A DNA stretch of 64,000 nucleotides, taken from contig NIVC01001635.1 in NCBI GenBank assembly GCA_002269645.1, positions 62,001-126,000 on the forward strand. Direction: 5' to 3'. Shown here in pieces: positions 50,280 through 64,000 of this stretch; position 1 is the stretch's first letter, and each line of letters begins with the position of its first letter. The notes below the pieces were generated by a model, which was given only the letters and a program-made list of their open reading frames with translations, was not told where the DNA came from and searched no databases. A program made the translations under genes and the position numbers. The DNA comes from Macrostomum lignano (lineage: Eukaryota).

Positions 50280-52820
50280 ACAAACTTCACATGCTTACAG
50301 TTTCTTTTTCGGTTGAGTTACAGAGTTGAAACTTTACATTTAGACAGAGAATGGGTCAATGAAGAATTGTGTCAAGTTTGAAGTTAATCGCTTTACGTGG
50401 AGCAAACTTATGGCAGCCGAAAGTTAGTCCATTTTGAAACCCTTTTACACATCTGGGCCGCCCAGATCGGGAAAGAGAGGCAGGCGGGCGGAGGTTGGGG
50501 TGGCTGTCTCGCTGACAAAAAACAGCCCAACTTTAAAAGTGCACAGCGCCGTTCAGGATTAACTTTGAGACTCGAAATTTTACACGATTGTGTCAAAATA
50601 GTTGAAAATTGATTGTGTCAAATTTGAAGAGGATCGGTAGAAGTGGAGCGGCGCTAAGGAGGCTTTAGTAAAAAAATCGCGCATTTTGAGCAGTTTTTTG
50701 CACTTTTAGGTAGGAAGACTCAAATTTAGGAAATTTAAAGGTAGCCTAAGACATTCTCCGTAGTGAGTTTAGGGTGGGTGTAAAATTTGGTGTCATTTGG
50801 TTGAGCGGTTTGGGAGTCCATAGCGATCAAAATTGTCCACACACAGACAGACACACACACACACAGAGTTTTGATTTTTATATGTAGAGACGAGGCCAAC
50901 TCCTCCTTCGGAGAAGAAAGGGGAAGAACTCCAATCAGCGGAATTCCATTCCCTGAACTCCATCAGCGGAATCCCATTTTCCAACACCTCTCCGCGCAAC
51001 AGAAATCGTTTCCGTGAAACTGAACACTATCGAAATCCTCTCTGTGAAACTGAACACCATCGAAATATTCTCCGCGAAATAGAAATCCTCTCCGTGAAAC
51101 TGGACTAAATCGAAATTTCTACGTCAAACAGCCCAGCTCTCAGAATTCATTGGTTAGGGTTAGGGTTAGGGTTAGAGCTACACACAGCTGCGTGTTGAAA
51201 GGCGCCGTAAAAACATTAAACCAATTAAATTGCGCAACTTATTTCTCAGGCAGTCAGTATCAGCCTCAGTTAAAGTTAACAAAAAGATTGCGCAATCTAA
51301 ATCAACCCTCAAATACACAGCAACCGACCCCCCTTCCAATACGCAGTGCAGCTAGAAATTGAACCCCCCCCACCAACTATTGGGGGTCGGTCGAACCCCC
51401 ATTGAACTCCAAAATGAGCACAATCTTTGCAGAAAGCTAAAAGTATGAAAATCTTTTCTTGAATGCTGTGAATTTAATTTTCATATTTAAAGCAAAAAAC
51501 TTATATCCCCGAACTCATCGCAGCAAGATCTTTCCAGCAATATAAGTCTCTCCTCTCTAAGTTCAAAACTCGAGCAACAGTTAGTGTTTGAAACTTTCTG
51601 ATTTTAAGCATTGAAATATCGAGTGTATGTTCACTGCCTGCTAAAGATGCTCGCAAGTTTATGCATTAAAATGCACTGAATTTCACTTTGCAAAAAATAC
51701 GCAGGGCTTCCTGTTAAAAAACAGAACACAAATAGTTGCGCAATTGTCTATAAAGTCAGCCAGTGAGCCAGGGTCCGATTGTACACACGCCGCCAATGAG
51801 AACGCGCCCATTCCCCCACAGGAGAGAAAATGCACTGGCGACATAGGAAAAAGTTGTGGCATAATCACTCAAAATTTTCAGCCAATTTTCAGCTCCGAGC
51901 AGAAAGAGGGGACAAATAAGATTATGAAAGTTAAAAAATGCAGTTTTCTGCTTTTTTAGGGATCTTAAAATGTAAAAATAAAAGATTTAAAATAGCCTAT
52001 AGCCAAAGCCGATAAATTTGCAGTTTTCCCACATAAGTTTCAACGCTGACTTGCAGGTAGTCTAGGAGGAGTTATCCAACTGACAAACAGACTAACAGTT
52101 AAAAGTATGGAAATAGTTTTTTAAATGCGGTGCTTTTTCTTTTCATATTTAAAGCAAACAGCTTATATCCCTAAACTCAGCGTTGCAAGATCTTTCCAGC
52201 AATATAAGTGTCTCCTCTCAAAGTTTAAAACTCAAGGAACAGTTAGCGTTTGAAATTTACCGATTTCCCGACTGCTTGCTAGAGAAGCTCGCAATTCATT
52301 GAATTTCACTGCCAAACTAATACACAGGGCTGCCTATAGAAAAAAGGCGCCAATAATAAAACCAAATGAATCTCGACACAGTCCATCTGTTTACACTGTA
52401 CAACTGCTATGTACACTCAGCCCAAGCCCAACCCCCGTTCTGGGGGAAGCATTAAATTTAACTCAACCCCCCAACACGCGGGGGGTTTTATTTGCATTGA
52501 ACCCAGAACACGCGCACCCACCACCCCTCAATACACAGCGGCCCGCGGGCGGAGGTTGGGGTGGCTATTTTTACAAACTGGCTGCAGCCCCAGTCAGAGT
52601 GGCCAAAGAAGGTTATTGGGGGTTAAAAAAGCAGTTTTCTGCTTTTTTAGGGATGTTAAAATGTGAAAATTAAAAATTAAAATAGCCTAAAGCCTGCTCC
52701 GGAAAATTTGCAGTTTTCCCATATAAGTTTTGACGCTGACTTGGCAGAATTGTAGGAGTTCACTTGCTACATACAGACAGACAGACAGACAAACATCGCG
52801 TCGGTTTTAGTATTAGGATA
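50280..52820. mobile_element. Mosaic of non-autonomous dispersed repeats, possibly Helentron/HINE-like, including a diverged 0.65-kb tandem duplication
   Basis: Recurrent TGTGTCAA(G/A)TTTGAAG..ATCG cores and GACA/CACA tails ending near TATATGTAGAG or TATTAGGATA; 51440-52050 aligns by eye with 52100-52745. Family assignment is inference. Confidence 0.4.
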
Positions 52821-55800
52821 TCCTTTCAATTTAATTCTTTTCTCTTTGAAATATAATCTTTCGTCAAGCACTCTGGGCTACTCGTCAATTATCATTCTGG
52901 CGCATAAATTGTAATCAAATTATGTACCGTATGCATCGTTTTTGGAAACAATTGTTACTTAGCTAAGTGTCGAATGCATGGTTAATTTTTTTGTTATTAA
53001 GACAAGCATTCCCCAGGGCAGTATTGAAACCTATATTTTATTCACTAAACTGCAGTGTTTTGTTCTCCCATAGTCAATGTTTATATTTTTGTGCATTGTA
53101 AATTTCTAGAAGCTAAATTAATTTTTTAGGTTTTTGTTTTAATGCTTCATTTGATTCTAGGAAATATCGACCGGCTTTACCATTTTACGGTCGTATAGTT
53201 TTTTCTTTGTAAAACAGGTTTTTTTAATATCCAAAATTTTGAGGTGCAACCTGTAGATTTTGACAAAGGAAACTCATCCTTATGAAAACAAAAGAAAATA
53301 TTCTCGATTTACATAGCTTTCTAATTATTTACTTTATGAGGCCTTGTTGTGCGTTTACTATACAGTTTTTTCGGTTCTCAATCTCCTTATAACCTTTTCT
53401 GTCTCTCTATTTCCAATAACTCTATCACCGGATAATTTTGGAGCGAATGAAACTAATTTGCTTGTTTGATCATAAAATTTCCTTCGACAAACTTATTAAC
53501 GCTACATATCGGCATTCAATTTAAAATTTCTTTCTTTCTCTCGCTCTCTCAAAATCGTGCATTTACTGAGCATTTTGAAGTCGGTCTTCGTCTTCAAAGC
53601 AACATGCTTGTTCGTGCCATCCGCCATCTGCATTTCACCTTTCTACTAATAATAAAAAATGCCTATATGAGGCTCTGATTATTCTCTTGTTGGCTTTAAT
53701 AACTATTATTAGGTTTTTGTCACTTGTGCTAATCGTGATAGTTTAGCTATTCCAATGTACCTCGTAACTTTTTATAATACGGATTGACTCGAGAAAGTTA
53801 TTTTAACCAGCGCGATTTTTTCTTGTGTAACCAATTTTTTAACGCTTGTGTATCCATATGCTACTCATCAGTGTTATATTGACTGCAGTACTTTTTTAAA
53901 CAATTTGCTGTGCACCCTACTTGCAGTCAGTAGAGTAGTTAGACTAGTGTAATCATTTTGTTTAGAGACGCGACTTCTGTTGTTCTGTAATTTTACTACC
54001 ATTGCGCTGCAGGGTAACGTGTTAATGATTATTACCCCATGCTTAACACACTATTGAAATCACTTTCTTATTATACAGAGCGGTTAAGAACAAAACTATT
54101 TTTAGTAATTTTTGTGTTATTCTAAATATTTAATTTCAACGTAAATATATCTTTACGGCAGTTTAATATCTCTGCCAGATTTTTGGGGTTAGACAAAACG
54201 ATAGGACACTTCTTACTTGTGACTTTATGTAATGCAGTCTTAAAAATTTATATAGTAAAAAACCAAGTGGTCCAAGGAGAGAGAGAGAGCAATCAAGCAT
54301 CAGTTAATTTGCAAATTATCTGAATGACACTACAATAAAACGAAGAAATTTGAATATGTTGATATTTCTATATTTTAAATTATATAGATTAATCATTGTA
54401 GTTTAAACAAATTATTTAAAATTGAAACTATGGCTAAACTACTAAGAGCAGTAGTTAGCTTCGCTAATCAACAAAGACCTAGCAAGTTATCTCAATCATT
54501 ACGGAATTCTTAGTATAGGGCAGAAAAAAGAAAAACGAAAATTTCAAAGTTAAGATTAAGAATGAAAAAATCAATACGCAAAAATTAGCTACGCAAAATT
54601 ATAACAAAAAACGTACGATCATCAGATTTAACCGAAGCGGACTTGACTAACAGTAAAAAATTATTATTCAATTTAACGCTTTAAAACGAGTGGAGGATTA
54701 ATGTTGAAAATTTAATAAGCATTTTAGCTTGATAATAAGCGGAATAAGACAACACATAACAGAAAAGAGGGCTAGCTTGAGACACGTAATCAAAAACATT
54801 AACCATTCATTACTTTTTTATAATTGTAGCCTGTCAAAATTAAGGTCTATCGGGCAACAATTTACATAGATTGCGATCCTAACACCCAAAAGATTGATTT
54901 TTACGAGTGTAGCATATTTATTCACAGAGGGAAAGCGTTTGCCAAAACAAAATTTACGATCGATCCAACGGTCACGCGGCAAGATTACTACTAGCTTATT
55001 ATCATTATCTATACACTACTAGTAGCATAGCAAGTCTGCCAATAATAGCTAGTCAAAGGATGTGTTTAAAGTTAAAAACCGAAACGTGTGCAAGATAACA
55101 AACGGCAACGGGGAGGGCCGTAGGGGTGGTGGCTGGATGGCTTAGAGGGGTAGAAAAGTCGGTAAACTGATAAGTGAACACTGACCGATAACGAGAGAGA
55201 GAGAGAGAGAGAGAAAGCGTCCTTCAGAGTGGTGGCCGGAAAGTGGGGCGAGGGGTAGAAAAATAGATCGTAAACTGTCTGTACATTTTAAGTGTACAAC
55301 TGGTTCCAGCTAGCCAAAGAAAGGAATAACCTAGAGAGAGAGAGAGAGCGTCAAAGCAAGCCAGGGTCTAAAGGCGTAGAAAAACTTAAAGTACATCTTT
55401 GGGGTGGTGGGTTCAGATTACCGGCCTAGTGAATGAAAGGTCAACAAGACAGCTAAAGTGACGCTAATTGAAAATCGATAATTTTGATGTATCTACACAC
55501 GTGTACGCAATTAACAACATCGTCGATGTAGGCATTAGACTTGTTGATAAAAGCAGAATTGCTATGCTACATGAATAAACAGTACACATAGGTAATCAGA
55601 GCAGTATGACCCAACTCGTCCATATTTTTGTACTCAATATTATTCAGATTTATTCAATAATGGGAAAATGTTCAATTAATTGCACATACATGTCTATGGA
55701 GGAGATATCAATGCAATTTTTTTTATTCGGCATTAAGCGGGTTATATCACATTATTGTCCAGTTCTGAGTAGGAGAATGCAGAAAACTTATATAATTTTT

Positions 55801-56055
55801 ACTTTGTAATGGTTTTCAACTTCCCAAATAATTAGAAAAAGGGATTTGTGTGATCGGAGTAGAATAGGCGCAACAATTGATAAACATGCTTTTTATATAT
55901 ATAAAGAAATCAACTATTCGAATAAATAAACAAAAATAACAGTTCATTTATTGATAACTGGTAGGGATTAACACAAATGTAGTCGATTATGCAGTGAGGA
56001 GGAGACAGAGTACGGCATTTAACTAGTGGCCCTTTCCAACCAGGTCAAACGGAGC

Positions 56056-61177
<5,122 letters not shown>

Positions 61178-61593
61178 CTTGGTAATAAATGAAGGACGAA
61201 TGAGAGGTGCGGATTAATCAATCAATCACTCAATCTATCTATCTATCTATCTACTGTTTATGTATTTAAATTTAATTATTTACAATTATTTAAGCAATCA
61301 AAGTTCTTAGTGCTCTTTAGCAAATTAAGTTCAGTCGTGTTTTCGTAAAAACTTTTTGTCGTACTAGTCAAGATGCTTAGTCATTCACTTTTTATTTAAA
61401 TCAGTTTTTCTATAGCTGCTCCTCACATTAATTTTTGTTATCATACAAGGCTTTAAAGCCGCAACCAATCAGCGTGCTTCAATCCAACTTTTTATTTTAT
61501 GTACAAATTTTACTCAACGCTGCTCAGCGCAACCCTCCAAAGCTCGTGTATAAATATTAAATTTATGATAAAATAAGTTCACTGCTAAAATAA

Positions 61594-64000
61594 CAGTTTT
61601 TATACCCAAAATATAAACCAGCCAACCGCCCCGGTCAACAACGGTGCTGCCTTCCGAGCAGCATCTATGACAGGTCCCGTCAGCGTCTCCGGTTTCATGC
61701 GGATCACCGCCAGTCTGACTTCAGACGGGACTCTGATCGTGACAGGTCGCGAAGTGATCTCCGTGACAAGATCCAAAGCAGGAGAAAGACAACATTGAAA
61801 AACTTTGAAGGCTCACAAAAACCTACAAATTCTGAAGGTGCTATGTCAGCCGAGACCGCCCGAGTTGCTCGACAAGCTAAGCAGCTCTTCCGCTCCGCCC
61901 GCCACCTGGGGAGTTGGGACGTAGTACCAAAATCTATTCAAAGCAAGACCAATCAGCTAAAGTCGATGATAGCGACGCCCTCGAGAAGCACCACAGAGCG
62001 CATCGAGGAGAACGCCGAAACCTGGGAAATCAGCACTCAGGACACCATGCTAAGTCATTACGAGACTTGCATCATCAGGTTGTCGGAAGAGCTGGAAGAA
62101 GCGGCACAGGACGTCGCTCCGGATGACCTGCGCACAGGCTGGAAGGTGGGCTTGCGCTAGGCGGCGAAGGACGCTGGAAGGCGCTTTAACTGCTCGGCGG
62201 CCCTACTACGCAACCGGCTGTACAAATTGAGAATTTCTGTGGAGGTCCCCGACTTCATCGAATCTTCGGGTAGGTTCTTTCTCCACGAACAGCCTTCCAC
62301 CTAGAAACTCCAGAGACATCCGTGTTTCCGAGCTCGTTTCAATCCCCGAGGAGCCTCCGGGGGCCTTTGAGCGCGACGCTAACAATTCTGTTATGATTAT
62401 TGATGAAGGGGCTGGACCCGTTGAGCCAGTGTCTATGGATGCGTCTTCCGTTTGGGCGACACCGACACTTTATGAGGAGCCAAGCATGTTCAGTCATACC
62501 GAAGAGAGGCGCAGAGATGTTTCCACGTCCCCAAGATCCACCACTGAATCTTGCGAGCCGAGGGCTCAAATACGGTGTCTGACTGCCTGTGCTCAGGTGT
62601 CAGACACGAAGGGGGTCTGTGATCAGACATCCCCACCTGCAGCTGATCTGGACACCGAAGACGACGGCCAACTCCTTGCCAACATATTTTTGAATTTTCT
62701 CGCGGTTGGGTCGGATCTCGCTCAAACAAATGCCTCGACTACTAGGTCTTACATTCACAATTAGCCGAAAAAGAACTGGAAGTTTTCGGCTATCGAGAAG
62801 GAGACAGTGATAATTGGTGATGAGAGTTTACCTCAAACTGAAGCGGAGTATACGGACATCCATTTTGAGATCTTCCCGAACTTGAGGGCAGGGAATTTGA
62901 TCAAGGTATTACGTGAGAAGACCGACGATCCCTCTACAGGGGTAAAAGCGGTCATTCTGTTCCCTTGGGGACAGGACCTATCAAGAAAGTTCGAGGGTGC
63001 CATCGACAAACAGCTGACAACTATCTTCAATCATTGCCGCAAAGCCTTTCCGTAGGCTAAAATCTACACCTTTGACTCGTTGGTGAACATTGGGGAACCA
63101 GAGGACGTCCGAACAACTGCTGAGAAGGTTAGCCGACATCTTCGAAGACTCAACCTAAAAGAACACGTTGCTCTGTCACCTCGGGAACTGTCATTCCAAC
63201 AGAACCTGGTCTCCTTCACTGAGGAGTCCTCTAGGAGGGTTCTCCAATTAGCACTCGCTAAACTAACAAAAAACTAAACAGTGCCGGAACTGCGGAGAGC
63301 AGCCCGGTGATTAACCTGTCAACCTCACTCTTTCAAAAAGCGAAATTAAAGTGATCGAGAAGGGAAAGAATTTCGTTCCCGCGCCAACTATTATGAGCTC
63401 CCAAATCCTGACCGATTCCATCACTAGTCTCAAGCAGAGAATCGCTCTCAATTCGCTTCTGCAACGCCGCACGTGCGCGTTCACACCGCGAAAGTTCTTC
63501 TCTCGCCGCTCATCATTGCCCAATTTCAGCTTGGAAAAGTGAAGAACACATGAGGATCTTTTCGAAGCTCTTGACGGTATCAGCACTCCGAATTTCATTT
63601 ACAACAAATCAAATCTTCAGCAACACCAACAGGATGCGCTCCAAAATCTTCGCAACAATAATAGGGACACGTGGCCTATTCCAGGAGTGCCTCCAGAGAC
63701 CAATAGTCTCCGACTGCAGCTCAGAGAGCTACATGAGCGACAAATTCATTGACTGTTTTCTACAACCGATAGCGCAGGAACAAGATTCCTTTATCCGTGA
63801 CACCGATCATTTTCAAGCTTTAATTCAACAAGCTTTAATGACAAGGACAACGAGGTCTTTCTAGTAACAATGGATGTCAAATCTTTGTACACAAACATCC
63901 CAACTGACCAGGGGATGAACGCCGTGAAGAAGGCCTTTATTAATTTTCCTGAACCATCAAGACCTGACACTCAGCTGAGACTCTTGGACATCAACCTGAA
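61594..64000 (+). mobile_element. Decayed Penelope-like retroelement (ORF1 with basic and SGNH-like domains, ORF2 RT), antisense in an AP2A intron; runs off the window
   Basis: PVINLS..(frameshift)..EIKVIEKGKNFVPAP, RPIVSDCSSES..IDCFLQP..SFIRDTDHF and FLVTMDVKSLYTNIP..QGMNAV are PLE-type RT motifs. Upstream ORF carries VIIGDES, FPNLRAGNL and VILFPWGQD. Left boundary approximate. Confidence 0.88.

Noticed and set aside
51154-51175. Telomere or telomere-healing site, (TTAGGG)3
   Set aside because: Only three units inside a dispersed-repeat mosaic; too short to interpret.
62158-63055. Programmed TAG readthrough or a variant genetic code in PLE ORF1
   Set aside because: The element also has frameshifts and deletions, so decay explains the stops; neighbouring host genes use the standard code.

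Overview
Eukaryotic (animal) genomic DNA with GC-rich exons and AT-rich intergenic stretches; nearly every long intron carries its own minisatellite or microsatellite. That architecture suggests the flatworm Macrostomum, but this is an inference I cannot confirm here. Exon chains were rebuilt by hand from GT-AG sites, phase compatibility and recalled family motifs. In order: tryptophan hydroxylase (+, 10 coding exons), TMEM41A-like (-, 4 exons), a small signal-anchored protein made only of the EXD2 C-terminal HNH-like Zn domain (-), RASEF/Rab45 (+, 6 coding exons), unkempt (+, 8 exons, six CCCH fingers, no RING), and the 3' seven exons of AP-2 alpha-adaptin (-). Mobile DNA: a decayed LOA/R1-type LINE inside a minisatellite, nested MITEs that include a short 28S rDNA fragment, and a decayed Penelope-like retroelement in an AP2A intron. 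The most interesting observations: (1) the Penelope-like element has an upstream SGNH-like ORF joined to its RT ORF by a textbook -1 frameshift signal (A AAA AAC, 8-nt spacer, hairpin); (2) the exonuclease-less 'mini-EXD2' has no ATG in its main exon and may take its start codon from the flatworm spliced leader. Almost all long ORFs in the supplied track are repeat artefacts.
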